Positions 28,459 to 39,040 are shown, numbered from the stretch's first letter. The stretch: 64,000 nucleotides of DNA from Alphaproteobacteria bacterium (GCA_965227515.1 CBDDFZ010000001.1:2560001-2624000); one strand, 5' to 3'. Made by a program: numbers and translations. The notes: generated by a model from the letters alone, not told the origin.

Positions 28459-30450
28459 TCAAAACGCCATCTGGTAGATGCCGAAGCCTTCTTCGTCCTC
28501 GCCGGTCTTGACGATGCCCATTGCCTCGGTCAGCGATGCCTCGGCGTGCGGGGCGGACGTAAAGGTCACCACCGGGTCGCCCTCGATCGGCACGAAGCCC
28601 CAATTGTCGTCGGCCGACGGGTCGATGGAGCCCTGCTCGAAGATGTAGTTGGCCAGCACCGTGCGGTTCTCGTCGGGCGCCTCGATGATGATGTTGCTGC
28701 CGTCCAGCGCCGGGAAGTTGCCGCCACCGCCGGCCCGGTAGTTGTTGGTCGCGACGATGAACTGAGACTCCCCGTCGATTGGCGCGCCCTCGAACTGCAA
28801 ATCGACGATGCGGTGGGCATCGGGGTCGATCAAATTGCCGTCGCGGTCGTAGCGGGCCGGCTGGGTCAGGTCGACCTGGTAGGTCACCCCGTCGATGACG
28901 TCGAAGTTGTAGGACGGGAAGTCCGGGTTGAGCAGCGCCTGGGCGCCCGCCGCCGCCGGGTCGATCCGGTTGAACGCGCCGGCCGACATCTCCAGCCACT
29001 CCCGCACCTCGTCGCCGTCCAAAAGAACGGCCCGTAACGTATTGGGATAGATGTAGAGATCGGCCACGTTCATCAGCGCGATCTCGCCGGTCGGAATGTC
29101 GGTGTAGTAGTCCGGGCCGCCCCGGCCGCCGGCTTTGAACGGCGCACCGGCGGACAGCACCGGCAGGCCGTCATACTCGGTGCCGGCGATCAGCTGCTCG
29201 ACGTACCACTTCTGCGCGTTGGTCACGATCTGGATCGACGGGTCGTCCTGCACCAGCGCGAAATAGCTGTTGATGGGCGCGGTGGTCTGGCCGACGCCCT
29301 CGCGCATGTAGGCGATGGTCGCCTCATGCTCCTCGCGCACCGCGTCGACGATCTTCGGGTCGGGGTCGACCAGCGGAATGATGTCGCGGCCGTCGCGTTC
29401 GAAGATGCCGCGCACCGCACCGGTGCCGCCGGTCACCGTCCAGGCGCCGGCGTCGTCCACCGCCAGGGCGAGGTCGATCACGCCCAGATGGCTGCCCCAG
29501 AAGCCCGGCATGCTGGAGGGCACGCCGTTGATGGTGCCGTTGGCCAGGTCGACGCCCGGAATGTCGGCATAGACATCGCTGGGGAACACCTGGTGGGCGT
29601 GGCCGAACAGGATGGCGTCGATGCCCTCGACCTCCGACAAATAGTAGGTCGCGTTCTCGTCCATGCCATCCGGCGTGGCGGTGGCGAGCCCGGAATGCGG
29701 CACCGCGATCACGATGTCCGCGCCCTCGGCCTTCATCAGCGGCACATAGTGCTCGGCGGCGGCGACGATGTCCCAGGTGTCGACCGTGCCTTCCAGGTTC
29801 GCCTTGTCCCACTGCATGATCTGCGGCGGCAGAAAGCCGATGACGCCGATGCGGATGTCGTGGCTGGCGCCGGCGCTGTCGCTCAGCGTGCGGTCCAGGA
29901 TGACGTAGGGCGTGTAGTAGGGCTGGTCGTTCGACATGTCGTCGTCGCCATCCTCGACCACGATATTGGCGCTGATGTAGGGGAAGGCCGCGTCGTCGGT
30001 GGTCTCGGCCAGGAAGTCGAGGCCGTAGTTGAACTCGTGGTTGCCCATGTTGCCGACGTCGTAGCCGAGCAGGTTCATCGCCTTGTAGATCGGGTGGACC
30101 TCGCCGTCTTCCAGCCCGCGCTCCTTGGCCATGTAGTCGCCCAGCGGGTTGCCCTGGATCAGGTCGCCATTGTCGATCAGGATCGAGTTGGCGACCTCGC
30201 CGCGCGCCTCGGCGATCAGGGTCGCGACCTTGGCCAGCCCGACGGCGTCGCTCTGCGCATCGCGGTAGTAGTCGTAGTCGACGATGTGCATGTGGATGTC
30301 GGCGGTGTTCAGGATCCGCAGGTCGACCGTGCCGTCCGCCAGCGCCCCCGTACTGAACAAAGTCGAACTGAGCAAAGTCGTACTGAGCAAAGTCGTGCCG
30401 AACAGGCCGGAAATCGCCACGCCAGACGCGGCCAGTGCCGTGATCTTCAT
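28459..30450 (-). CDS. cpdB: Bifunctional 2',3'-cyclic-nucleotide 2'-phosphodiesterase/3'-nucleotidase
   Basis: TADIH, DNGDLIQG.P, GNHEFNYG, GHAH, YIYPNTL, ATNNYRA. Confidence 0.93.
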   Translation of the reverse strand: MKITALAASGVAISGLFGTTLLSTTLLSSTLFSTGALADGTVDLRILNTADIHMHIVDYDYYRDAQSDAVGLAKVATLIAEARGEVANSILIDNGDLIQGNPLGDYMAKERGLEDGEVHPIYKAMNLLGYDVGNMGNHEFNYGLDFLAETTDDAAFPYISANIVVEDGDDDMSNDQPYYTPYVILDRTLSDSAGASHDIRIGVIGFLPPQIMQWDKANLEGTVDTWDIVAAAEHYVPLMKAEGADIVIAVPHSGLATATPDGMDENATYYLSEVEGIDAILFGHAHQVFPSDVYADIPGVDLANGTINGVPSSMPGFWGSHLGVIDLALAVDDAGAWTVTGGTGAVRGIFERDGRDIIPLVDPDPKIVDAVREEHEATIAYMREGVGQTTAPINSYFALVQDDPSIQIVTNAQKWYVEQLIAGTEYDGLPVLSAGAPFKAGGRGGPDYYTDIPTGEIALMNVADLYIYPNTLRAVLLDGDEVREWLEMSAGAFNRIDPAAAGAQALLNPDFPSYNFDVIDGVTYQVDLTQPARYDRDGNLIDPDAHRIVDLQFEGAPIDGESQFIVATNNYRAGGGGNFPALDGSNIIIEAPDENRTVLANYIFEQGSIDPSADDNWGFVPIEGDPVVTFTSAPHAEASLTEAMGIVKTGEDEEGFGIYQMAF
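30350..30394. repeat. 3 x 15-bp tandem repeat in the cpdB signal-peptide coding region
   Basis: gtactgaacaaagtc / gaactgagcaaagtc / gtactgagcaaagtc. Confidence 0.85.
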
Positions 30451-30669
30451 CGCTCGCCACTCCATCTCCAGGCGCCCCGTGAGCGGGCGCGGTTGTGCCA
30501 GGAGTGGACTCTATCGCCTTCGTCCCGTCCCGCCAATCGGGCGCGGCAACCTCCGGGCGATGCGGAAAATGGGGTGTCGGCCCCATGTGGGCGAAGGGCG
30601 TTGTTGCTTACCTCCAAGGGCATCCGAAGGCCGCCGCGTCGCGGTGGCCGATACCCAAAGGAGGAGTAG

Positions 30670-31095
30670 ATGTTTGACGTTCAGTTCGGCCGCAAGGCCT
30701 TCGCCATCGCCATGCTGGCCGCAACCGGCACGCTCGGCGCCTGTATCACCATGCCGCCGCCCGGCGGCAATCCGGGGGGCAATCCGGGCGGCAATCCGGG
30801 CGGGGGCCCGCCCGTGATCGACCCGGTGCCTCAGGTGCAGACGCGCACGTTCAACGATCCGCAAGTCGGCGGGCGTTGGGTGGACCTCTGTTATGCCGAG
30901 GGCTCCTGCCGCCAGCAGCAGCAGATTGACACGTTCTGCCGGCAGCAAGGCTATGACCAGGCCGTTTCGTCCTATTCCCGCAACACGGTGGTCTTTCAGA
31001 CCAACGTGCGGCTGGGCGACCAGTCGGTTTGCAGGTCGGCCGGTGTCGGCAACTGCAACCGTATCGCCAGCGTCACCTGCCAGCGCACGGTCTAG
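30670..31095 (+). CDS. Small Cys-rich lipoprotein
   Basis: GGAGGAG RBS, LGAC lipobox, (GGNP)3 linker, six-Cys C-terminal domain. Confidence 0.8.
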   Translation: MFDVQFGRKAFAIAMLAATGTLGACITMPPPGGNPGGNPGGNPGGGPPVIDPVPQVQTRTFNDPQVGGRWVDLCYAEGSCRQQQQIDTFCRQQGYDQAVSSYSRNTVVFQTNVRLGDQSVCRSAGVGNCNRIASVTCQRTV

Positions 31096-31118
31096 CTAAT
31101 GGAATTCAGCTTACGCTG

Positions 31119-31207
31119 AAGTCGGCACCGGCCCTCTCCCCCACCCGGCCGCCCAACGACAGTATCCTGCTGGGTGGCCGGGTGGAGGAGAGGGCTGGCG
31201 CAGACTT
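31119..31207. repeat. ~88-bp hairpin repeat (family C)
   Basis: aagtcggcaccggccctctcccccacccggccgccc...gggtggccgggtggaggagagggctggcgcagactt, between convergent genes. Confidence 0.85.
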
Positions 31208-31221
31208 AAGAGATCAGGACC

Positions 31222-31956
31222 CTAAAACGCGCCGTCGGGCAGCTGGTAGATGTCCGGGTTCTCGGTATCCAGCACGTAGTTGAGGCGCATCACCAGCGGC
31301 GGGTCGACGCCCTCGGGCACGGCCTCGCCGGTCAGCGCGGCTTTCGGCTGCAGGGTCAGCGTGACCGAGCGGCCGTCGCCGTCCAGCGCGGCGAAGATCA
31401 GCACGCTGCCGTCGGAAAGCTGCTGGTTGGTGCGGACCGCTTCGGGCGGGAAGCCCTGGGTGCGGAAGTAGTTCACGAGAATCCCGGTGGCCGTCATCAG
31501 GCCGCCGGGGTTGTCGATCTCGCTGTCCAGGCCCCAGAACACGTCGATCTGGATCAGCGCTTCGGACTGGTAGCCGAGCAGGTAGACCACCTGGGCGACG
31601 CCCGCGTCCGGCAACAGGTCCGGCACGCTGATGTTCAGCGTGGTGGTCTTCTCCACGGCGTTCTGGCTGATCGCGACGTCGTCGGCGGCGATGCCGAAAT
31701 CGGCCTCGATGGCATCCAGAACCGCCTGCTGGTCCATGCCGAACAGCGCGGACCGGAAGCCGGTCACCAGGGCCGGCGGTGCCGCGGCATCGTTGCCGTC
31801 GACGGCGGCATCCACCGGCGTGTCGGGCAGCTCGATGTCGGCATTGCCGGCGCCCTGGGCATGGGCCGGCGCGCCGGCGAGCAGCGCGGTGGCCGCCAGC
31901 GCCCAGAAGGCCCGCCCAAACACGCCGTGTCCGAACCTGTGGGTGGCATTACGCAT
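31222..31956 (-). CDS. Exported hypothetical protein
   Basis: Signal peptide (AHA/Q), GFRSA.FGM motif, overlaps the sapC stop, host-like codon usage. Confidence 0.75.
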   Translation of the reverse strand: MRNATHRFGHGVFGRAFWALAATALLAGAPAHAQGAGNADIELPDTPVDAAVDGNDAAAPPALVTGFRSALFGMDQQAVLDAIEADFGIAADDVAISQNAVEKTTTLNISVPDLLPDAGVAQVVYLLGYQSEALIQIDVFWGLDSEIDNPGGLMTATGILVNYFRTQGFPPEAVRTNQQLSDGSVLIFAALDGDGRSVTLTLQPKAALTGEAVPEGVDPPLVMRLNYVLDTENPDIYQLPDGAF

Positions 31957-32755
31957 TGTCTTCGGCCCCCAGTACGGTGTTCGCGGAACTGCGGTCCGCC
32001 TGCTGGTCCACCAGCTCCGACCAGTTGCCGATCGAGATCAGGTGGCAGTAGATCAGGCCGATCCAGCCGCGCTTGCGCCAGTCGAGGAAGGTCTCGTCGG
32101 GCAGCGCATTGAACTTCTTCTCGTCGATGACCCGGAACCCGGTGACCGACAGCGCCTCGCCATTGGCCATCTTCACGTTGGCGCGGTTGTCCATCAACAG
32201 GTCGTTGGCGACGATGGCTTCCATGAAGCGGCGGGTGTTCTCGATCTCGCGCTGGAAAGCGGTGCAGAACTCCAGCGCGCGCTCCAGCAGCGGCGTGCGC
32301 TTGCCGTCCTTGAACAGCGGGCGGACATCGCTCTCGACCACCAGGTCCGACGCCTCGTCGATGCACAGCCCCAGCTTGGAGCGGTCGCTGCTCTCGGCAA
32401 AGATGAACGGATAGCGGCGGGCATAGGCCGGCACGTAGCTGCCGCGATGCCAATCGCCCTCGTCGCTGACGAACAGGTTCTCGCCGTCGCGCATGCCCAG
32501 GATGACCACGGGGACGGGGCTTTCCTGGCCCGCGAAGACGATGGGATAGTTGCGCGCGGCCGGAATGAACTCGATCGCGTTCACCATCATGACATTGGCA
32601 TTGGCGGCGAACTTGTAGCCGCCGTTCTCGCGCAACGACAACGCCCCATGCTTGTTGGAATCCAGTAGGGCCGGGCGCTGGTAAAGCGGCGGGGTGGGGC
32701 TGCCACCCTGCGCGGCAGCGGCGCCATTGGCGCCGGTCTCAAGAGTTTCCGACAT
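31949..32755 (-). CDS. sapC: SapC family protein
   Basis: EF..AAR.YPIVF, G.NLFV...W...YVPAY.RRYPF, H.ISIGN. Confidence 0.88.
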   Translation of the reverse strand: MSETLETGANGAAAAQGGSPTPPLYQRPALLDSNKHGALSLRENGGYKFAANANVMMVNAIEFIPAARNYPIVFAGQESPVPVVILGMRDGENLFVSDEGDWHRGSYVPAYARRYPFIFAESSDRSKLGLCIDEASDLVVESDVRPLFKDGKRTPLLERALEFCTAFQREIENTRRFMEAIVANDLLMDNRANVKMANGEALSVTGFRVIDEKKFNALPDETFLDWRKRGWIGLIYCHLISIGNWSELVDQQADRSSANTVLGAEDNA

Positions 32756-32891
32756 GACGTTGTCCAGCTTTGTTAGGGGAACCGAAGACTAGAATATGGC
32801 AATGACTTGAAATCGATCTTAACACGTGGGTCGGTCGCATTTTCCACAATCTTGCGTTGAATTGTAACAATGCTTCGGCAGGCAAGCGTGG

Positions 32892-32965
32892 TGGAGGCCC
32901 GGGCCGGAATCGAACCGACGTACAAGGATTTGCAGTCCTCTGCGTAACCACTCTGCCACCGGGCC
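32892..32965 (-). tRNA. tRNA-Cys(GCA)
   Basis: Minus strand GGCCCGGTGGCAGAGTGGTTACGCAGAGGACTGCAAATCCTTGTACGTCGGTTCGATTCCGGCCCGGGCCTCCA; cloverleaf, GCA anticodon, encoded CCA. Confidence 0.97.
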
Positions 32966-33212
32966 ATGGTGTGCGACCTATTGCATGTGGTGCGCACCAC
33001 GTGAAGACAAGGGGCGCGATATGCAGGGATGACGGGTCGCGGGCGATCCGAGGCAACCGAGCCCCTGCGGATGCCCACATATGGACAGACATATGATGGC
33101 AGTGTTATGGCGCGTTGCATTCGGGTTGTCCAGCCCGCCCCTGACCGCTGCGTCACGTGATTGCGGCGTGCCCCAAGCGGGCGGTAATACGGGCGGCAAA
33201 AGAGGTTAGGCG

Positions 33213-33869
33213 ATGACGAACTTCGCGCAGGCGCGGGTGAACATGATCGAGGGCCAGCTGCGGCCGAACCGGGTGTCGGACGAGCGCATCCTGGCGACGT
33301 TGGGCACGGTGCCGCGCGAGCGCTTCGTGCCCAGTGCGCGCCGCGGGTTGGCCTATGTCGACGAGGACCTCGACGTCGGCCATGGCCGCACGCTGATGGA
33401 GCCGATGGTGTTCGCGCGGCTGCTGGAGGCGGCGGCGATCAAGCCGAGCGACATCGTGCTCGATATCGGGTGCGGCACCGGCTACTCCACCGCCGTCATC
33501 GCGGGGTTGTGCGATACGGTGGTCGCCCTGGAATCGGAGCCGGCGCTGGCCGACATGGCGCGGGCGCGGATCGAGGAACTGGGCATCGAGAACGCCGCGG
33601 TGCTGGACGGCCCCTTGGCGGAGGGCTATCCGAAGCAGGCGCCCTACGACGTGATCTTCATCAACGGCGCGGTGGCCGTGCTGAACGACGGCCTGACCGC
33701 GCAACTGAGCGAGGGCGGCCGGCTGGTGGCCGTCGTCCGCCCGGATGCCGGGCCGGGCCGTGCGTCGGTCCTGTTGCGCCAAAGCGGTGCCGTGTCGCGC
33801 CGGCAGTATTTCGATGCCTCGATCCCGGTGCTGCCCGAATTCACCGCGCCGCCGCAGTTCGTATTCTAG
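33213..33869 (+). CDS. pcm: Protein-L-isoaspartate O-methyltransferase
   Basis: VPRERFVP, AY.D, LDIGCGTGYS, APYDVI; synteny with tolC-popZ-valS. Confidence 0.92.
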   Translation: MTNFAQARVNMIEGQLRPNRVSDERILATLGTVPRERFVPSARRGLAYVDEDLDVGHGRTLMEPMVFARLLEAAAIKPSDIVLDIGCGTGYSTAVIAGLCDTVVALESEPALADMARARIEELGIENAAVLDGPLAEGYPKQAPYDVIFINGAVAVLNDGLTAQLSEGGRLVAVVRPDAGPGRASVLLRQSGAVSRRQYFDASIPVLPEFTAPPQFVF

Positions 33870-34025
33870 GAGAGGTCGCGGACCTTCATTATATGTTAAC
33901 CCTGTTTATCGTTGAAATATCTGGGGTTAGCGTCGGTTTTTATTGCATACCGGCAGGCCATCGGCCAGTTTGCCGAATGGTGGGGTTGTGAATCGGGCTT
34001 GGGTCGCACACAGGAGCGTCAACCC

Positions 34026-35450
34026 ATGAATGATGCACGTGGCCGCGCGGATGGGCGCGGCGGCATGGAGCGGAACGCCAGGCCGGCTGGCAAGCGCCGG
34101 TTGCCCGCGCGGATCGGCGCGGTGCTGCTTGCCGGCGCGACGACACTGGCCGCCGGGTCCGCCGCCGCCGACAGCCTGGTCGACGCGCTGTCCCAGGCCT
34201 ATGTGAACAACCCGCAGCTCCTGTCCGAGCGCGCCGCGTTGCGCGCGGTGGACGAGCAGCTTCCCCAGGCTCTGTCGGGGTGGCGGCCGACGGTGAGCGT
34301 CACCGGTCAGGCCGGCGTCACCAGCTCCTACAGCCGCACGATCACAGGCGGAAACCAGTTCACCGGCCGCCCGCTGTCCAGCACGCTGACCATCAACCAG
34401 CCGATCGTCCAAGGCGGCGAGACCTTCCATCAGGTCGACCGCGCCAAGAACGTGATCCAGGCGCAGCGCGCCCAGTTGTTCACTGTCGAGCAGTCGGTTC
34501 TGCTGCAGGCCGCGACCGCCTATGTCGACGTCGTGCGCGACACCGCCGTGCTCGGCCTCAGTATCAACAACCAGGCAGTGCTCGAAGAACAGCTCAATGC
34601 CACCCGCGACCGGTTCGAGGTCGGCGAACTGACGCGCACCGACGTGGCCCAGGCCGAGGCGCGGCTGGCCAACGCGGTGTCCAACGCCACCCAGGCGCGC
34701 GGCGACCTGTCCACGTCCATCGCGACCTATGAGCGGGTGATCGGCCCTCTGCCGACCGAGCTGGTGCGCCCGACGCCGCTGCTCGGCCTGCCGTCGGCGC
34801 GTGACGCGGCGATCCAGCTCGCGCTCGCCAACAATCCGTCGGTGGCCTCGGCCAAGTTCGGCCTGGCGGTGGCGGAGAACGATATCGACATCGCGATCGC
34901 GCAGTTGCTGCCGACGCTGTCGCTGAATGGCGAGCTGAGCTACAGCCAGGGCAGCAGCGCCACCATCGAAGACACCAGCCGTGGCGCGGTGACGGCGCAG
35001 TTGACCATCCCGCTGTACCAGAGCGGCGCCGAGTACGCGGCCATCCGGGCGGCGCGCGACACCCAGACCCAGCGCCAGCGCGAGCTGGACAACGCCCAGC
35101 GCCAGACCATCGAGGCGGTGAACCAGGCGTGGGACGACCTGCAGACCGCACGCGCGACCCTGGTGGCGTTCGAGGCCCAGGTCCGCGCCCAGGAGATCGC
35201 GCTGGAAGGCACGCGGCAGGAATCCACCGTCGGCACCCGGACCATCCTGGACGTGCTGGACGCGGAGCAGGAGCTGTTCCAGGCCCAGGTGGACGTGGTG
35301 CAGGCCCAGCGGGCCGAAATCCTGGCCACCTATGCGCTGGCGTCAGCCGTCGGCGGGCTGACCGCGCGCCAGTTGAGCCTGCCCGTCACCTACTACGACG
35401 TGACCAGCCACTTCGACGACGTCAAGGACGACTTCATCGGTACCGAATAA
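34026..35450 (+). CDS. tolC: TolC-family outer membrane channel
   Basis: SL..AL..AY.NNP.L, RFEVGELTRTDVAQAEAR, GTRTILDVLDAEQEL; start may be 34065. Confidence 0.92.
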   Translation: MNDARGRADGRGGMERNARPAGKRRLPARIGAVLLAGATTLAAGSAAADSLVDALSQAYVNNPQLLSERAALRAVDEQLPQALSGWRPTVSVTGQAGVTSSYSRTITGGNQFTGRPLSSTLTINQPIVQGGETFHQVDRAKNVIQAQRAQLFTVEQSVLLQAATAYVDVVRDTAVLGLSINNQAVLEEQLNATRDRFEVGELTRTDVAQAEARLANAVSNATQARGDLSTSIATYERVIGPLPTELVRPTPLLGLPSARDAAIQLALANNPSVASAKFGLAVAENDIDIAIAQLLPTLSLNGELSYSQGSSATIEDTSRGAVTAQLTIPLYQSGAEYAAIRAARDTQTQRQRELDNAQRQTIEAVNQAWDDLQTARATLVAFEAQVRAQEIALEGTRQESTVGTRTILDVLDAEQELFQAQVDVVQAQRAEILATYALASAVGGLTARQLSLPVTYYDVTSHFDDVKDDFIGTE

Positions 35451-35577
35451 AGGCCCGGGAACCCATCTTGGCCTGCCGGGGCGCGGCGCGGACTGCAGCG
35501 CGGGCGCTTTGGACATTGAAACCAATCTGACATAACGTGGCCTGACCCGGACGGTCGCGTGGACGAGAGCGCCAGAT

Positions 35578-36159
35578 ATGAGTGAAGACAAGGCCCAGGC
35601 TGAACCTTCGATGGAGGAGATCCTGGCGTCGATCCGCCGGATCATTTCCGAGGATGGCGACGGTGAAGGGGATGGCGACGAAACGGCAGTGCAGGCGGCC
35701 CCGCCGCCGCCGGAACCAGACCCGATGCCCGAACCGCCGATGCCCGAACCGGAGCCGGAATCGACCCTGATCGCGGAGGACTTCGACGAGGACGTCCTGG
35801 AGCTGACCGAAGTGGTCGAGGAGGACGAGGCGCCGCTGGTGCTGGACGAGGAGGTGCCTGTGGAGGCGCCACCACCGCCGCCGGCCGACCCGATCCCGGA
35901 AGACGCGTTCGAGGACGACCCGCTGATGTCCGCCGGCTCGGCGGCCGCCACTGCCGGCGCGCTGGCATCGCTGAGCGCGGCCAGCCGGCCGTCCCCGCCG
36001 CCGGTTGAGGATACCACCGGCATTGGGGGGCTGACCGTGGAGGAACTGGCGCGCCAGGTGATGCGCCCCTTGCTGCGCGAGTGGCTGGACCAGAACCTGC
36101 CGGATATGGTGGAGCGCATGGTCCAGCGCGAGATTCAGCGGCTGACCGGATCGCGCTGA
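35578..36159 (+). CDS. popZ: Polar organizing protein PopZ (DUF2497)
   Basis: EPSMEEILASIRRII N-helix, acidic Pro-rich linker, RPLLREWLDQNLP C-terminus. Confidence 0.92.
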   Translation: MSEDKAQAEPSMEEILASIRRIISEDGDGEGDGDETAVQAAPPPPEPDPMPEPPMPEPEPESTLIAEDFDEDVLELTEVVEEDEAPLVLDEEVPVEAPPPPPADPIPEDAFEDDPLMSAGSAAATAGALASLSAASRPSPPPVEDTTGIGGLTVEELARQVMRPLLREWLDQNLPDMVERMVQREIQRLTGSR

Positions 36160-36300
36160 CCCCCAGCTTGCCGGCGCACGCCCGGCGAGCTTTATCCACT
36201 GATCGCGCCGTGTCATCTTCGCGCCGCCGCTGATTGCGGTTGAAATCCGGCGCGGGTCCGCGTATCCGCCACCCAACCCAAAAATTCCACCGGACCCGTC

Positions 36301-38973
36301 ATGTTGGACAAGACCTTCACGCCCGGCGACATCGAGCCGAGCCAGTACAAGCGCGAGGAAGAGGCCAGCGCATTCACCCTCGGCCAGAAGCCGGACGGCA
36401 CGCCGTTCACCATCGTGATCCCGCCGCCGAACGTGACCGGCAGCCTGCACATGGGCCACGCGCTCAACAACACGCTGCAGGACATCCTCATGCGCTGGCG
36501 CCGCATGCAGGGGCGCGACGCCCTGTGGCAGCCGGGGACCGACCACGCCGGCATCGCCACCCAGATGGTGGTGGAGCGCCAGCTCGACGCCGAAGGCACC
36601 TCGCGGGTGGAGATGGGGCGCGAGAAGTTCCTGGAGCGGGTCTGGGAGTGGAAGGAGCAGTCGGACGGCACGATAACAAACCAGCTGCGCCGGCTGGGCT
36701 GTTCCTGCGACTGGGACCGCGAGCGTTTCACCCTGGACGAGGACCTGTCGGCGGCGGTGCGCAAGGTGTTCGTCGCCATGCACCGCGAGGGCCTGATCTA
36801 CAAGGACACCCGGCTGGTCAACTGGGACCCGAAGCTGGGCACCGCGATCTCCGACCTGGAGGTGCAGCCGACCGACATCGACGGCAATCTCTGGTATTTC
36901 CGCTACCCGCTGGAGGACGACCCGAACCGGCACATCATCGTCGCCACCACCCGGCCGGAGACGATGCTGGGCGATACCGGCGTCGCGGTCCATCCCGACG
37001 ACGAGCGCTACAAGGACCTGGTCGGCAAGCATTGCATCCTGCCGCTGGTCGGCCGCCGCATTCCGATCGTCGCCGACGAGTATGCCGACCCGGAGCAGGG
37101 CTCGGGCGCGGTGAAGATCACGCCGGCGCACGATTTCAACGACTACGAGGTCGGCCGGCGCCAGAACCTTGAGATCATCAACATCTTCGACCGCAAGGCG
37201 GCGCTGAACGACCAGGTGCCGGAGGCCTATCGCGGGCTGGACCGGTTCGAGGCACGCAAGCGCGTGGTCGCCGATATCGAGGCGGCGGGCCTGCTGGACA
37301 AGGTGGAGCCGCACCGCCACACGGTCCCCTATGGCGACCGCGGCGGCGTGCCGGTGGAGCCCTACCTGACCGAGCAGTGGTACGCGAACATGGAGCCGCT
37401 GGCGAAGCGCGCGGTCGCGGCTGTCGAGGACGGCAGCATCCAGATCGTGCCCGAGCAGTGGACCAAGACCTACTACGCCTGGATGAACAACATCCAGCCA
37501 TGGTGCCTGTCGCGCCAGCTCTGGTGGGGCCACCGGATCCCGGCCTGGTACGGCCCCGACGGCGAGATCTTCGTCGCCGAGAGCGAGGACGAAGCCAAGG
37601 CAGCGGCCCGCGCCCACTATGGCGAGGACAAGCCGCTGAGCCAGGACGAGGACGTGCTCGACACCTGGTTCTCGTCGGGCCTGTGGCCGCTGACCACGCT
37701 GGGCTGGCCGGAGGAGACGCCGGAGCTCAATCGCTACTACCCCACCGACGTGCTGATCACCGGTTTCGACATCCTGTTCTTCTGGGTCGCGCGGATGGTG
37801 ATGATGGGGCTCTACTGCCGCGACCAGGTGCCGTTCCGCACCGTCTATCTGCACGCGCTGGTTCGTGACGAGCACGGCGCCAAGATGTCGAAGTCGAAGG
37901 GCAACATCATCGACCCGCTGGACCTGGTGGACGAGTACGGCGCCGACGCGCTGCGCTTCACCCTGGCGGCGATGGCCGCGCAGGGCCGCGACATCAAGCT
38001 CTCCAAGGGCCGGATCGAGGGCTATCGCAATTTCGCGACCAAGCTGTGGAACGCCGCGCGCTTCACCGAGATGAACGGTTGCGTGCCCGACCTGGCGTTC
38101 GACCCCGCCGGCGTGTCGCAGCCGGTCAACCGCTGGATCGTCGGCGAGACCGCGCGCTGTGCTGCCGAGGTGACCGAGGCCCTGGAAGGCTTCAAGTTCG
38201 ACCAGGCCGCCGACGCCGTCTATCACTTCGCCTGGCACACCTACTGCGACTGGTATTTGGAGTTCGCCAAGCCGTTGCTGCAGGGGCAGGCCGCCGACAG
38301 CAACATGACGGCGGAGACGCGCGCCACGACGGCGTGGGCGCTGGGCCGCATCCTGCACCTGCTGCACCCGTTCATGCCGTTCGTGACCGAGGAGCTGAAC
38401 CAGCAGCTTGGCGGCGGTGGCGACGACCACATGCTGGTCACCGCGCCGTGGCCGGACCTGGACGCGGACCTGGTCGACGCCGGCGTTTCGGAGGAACTGG
38501 CCTGGGTCGTTCGGCTGATCTCCGAACTGCGCACGGTGCGGGCCGAGGTCAACGTGCCGCCGGGCGCGCAGCTCCACGCCACGGTCTATGGCGCGACCGC
38601 CGAAACCCGCGGCCGGTTCGATCGTTACGCAGAATTGATCGGCCGGGTGGCGCGCTTGAGCCAGATTACGGTTGCCGATGAGCAGCCCGGCGACCAGGAT
38701 TTGCGTGGTGCCGCGCAGGCGCTGGTCGACGAGGCGACGGTCGTGCTGCCGCTGGGCGACGTGATCGACATCGACGTGGAGCGGGCGCGGCTGGCCAAGG
38801 AACTGTCGAAACTGGATGCCGACATCCTGAAGTTCGACAAGAAGCTGTCGAACGAGCAGTTCCTGGCGAAAGCGCCGGAAGAGGTGGTGGCCGAGCAGCG
38901 GTCGCGCCGCGACGACGCCACCTCGGCGCGCGAGAAAATCCAGGCGGCGCTCGACCGGCTGCACGCGGCCTGA
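36301..38973 (+). CDS. valS: Valine--tRNA ligase
   Basis: PPPNVTGSLHMGH (HIGH), KMSKS, C-terminal coiled coil. Confidence 0.98.
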   Translation: MLDKTFTPGDIEPSQYKREEEASAFTLGQKPDGTPFTIVIPPPNVTGSLHMGHALNNTLQDILMRWRRMQGRDALWQPGTDHAGIATQMVVERQLDAEGTSRVEMGREKFLERVWEWKEQSDGTITNQLRRLGCSCDWDRERFTLDEDLSAAVRKVFVAMHREGLIYKDTRLVNWDPKLGTAISDLEVQPTDIDGNLWYFRYPLEDDPNRHIIVATTRPETMLGDTGVAVHPDDERYKDLVGKHCILPLVGRRIPIVADEYADPEQGSGAVKITPAHDFNDYEVGRRQNLEIINIFDRKAALNDQVPEAYRGLDRFEARKRVVADIEAAGLLDKVEPHRHTVPYGDRGGVPVEPYLTEQWYANMEPLAKRAVAAVEDGSIQIVPEQWTKTYYAWMNNIQPWCLSRQLWWGHRIPAWYGPDGEIFVAESEDEAKAAARAHYGEDKPLSQDEDVLDTWFSSGLWPLTTLGWPEETPELNRYYPTDVLITGFDILFFWVARMVMMGLYCRDQVPFRTVYLHALVRDEHGAKMSKSKGNIIDPLDLVDEYGADALRFTLAAMAAQGRDIKLSKGRIEGYRNFATKLWNAARFTEMNGCVPDLAFDPAGVSQPVNRWIVGETARCAAEVTEALEGFKFDQAADAVYHFAWHTYCDWYLEFAKPLLQGQAADSNMTAETRATTAWALGRILHLLHPFMPFVTEELNQQLGGGGDDHMLVTAPWPDLDADLVDAGVSEELAWVVRLISELRTVRAEVNVPPGAQLHATVYGATAETRGRFDRYAELIGRVARLSQITVADEQPGDQDLRGAAQALVDEATVVLPLGDVIDIDVERARLAKELSKLDADILKFDKKLSNEQFLAKAPEEVVAEQRSRRDDATSAREKIQAALDRLHAA

Positions 38974-39040
38974 CGCCCTGCGTTGACCATCGCGGTGGGC
39001 GCCGGCGTTCGTGGCGCTTAACCGTGAAGGGAGACGGATC

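Noticed and set aside
32860-32965. tRNA-Cys as an integration site for a genomic island
   Set aside because: No integrase, and I saw no duplicate of the tRNA 3' end in the window.
33896-33910. CtrA-like site upstream of tolC (TTAA-N6-TTAT)
   Set aside because: Spacing is 6 rather than 7, so at best a half site.
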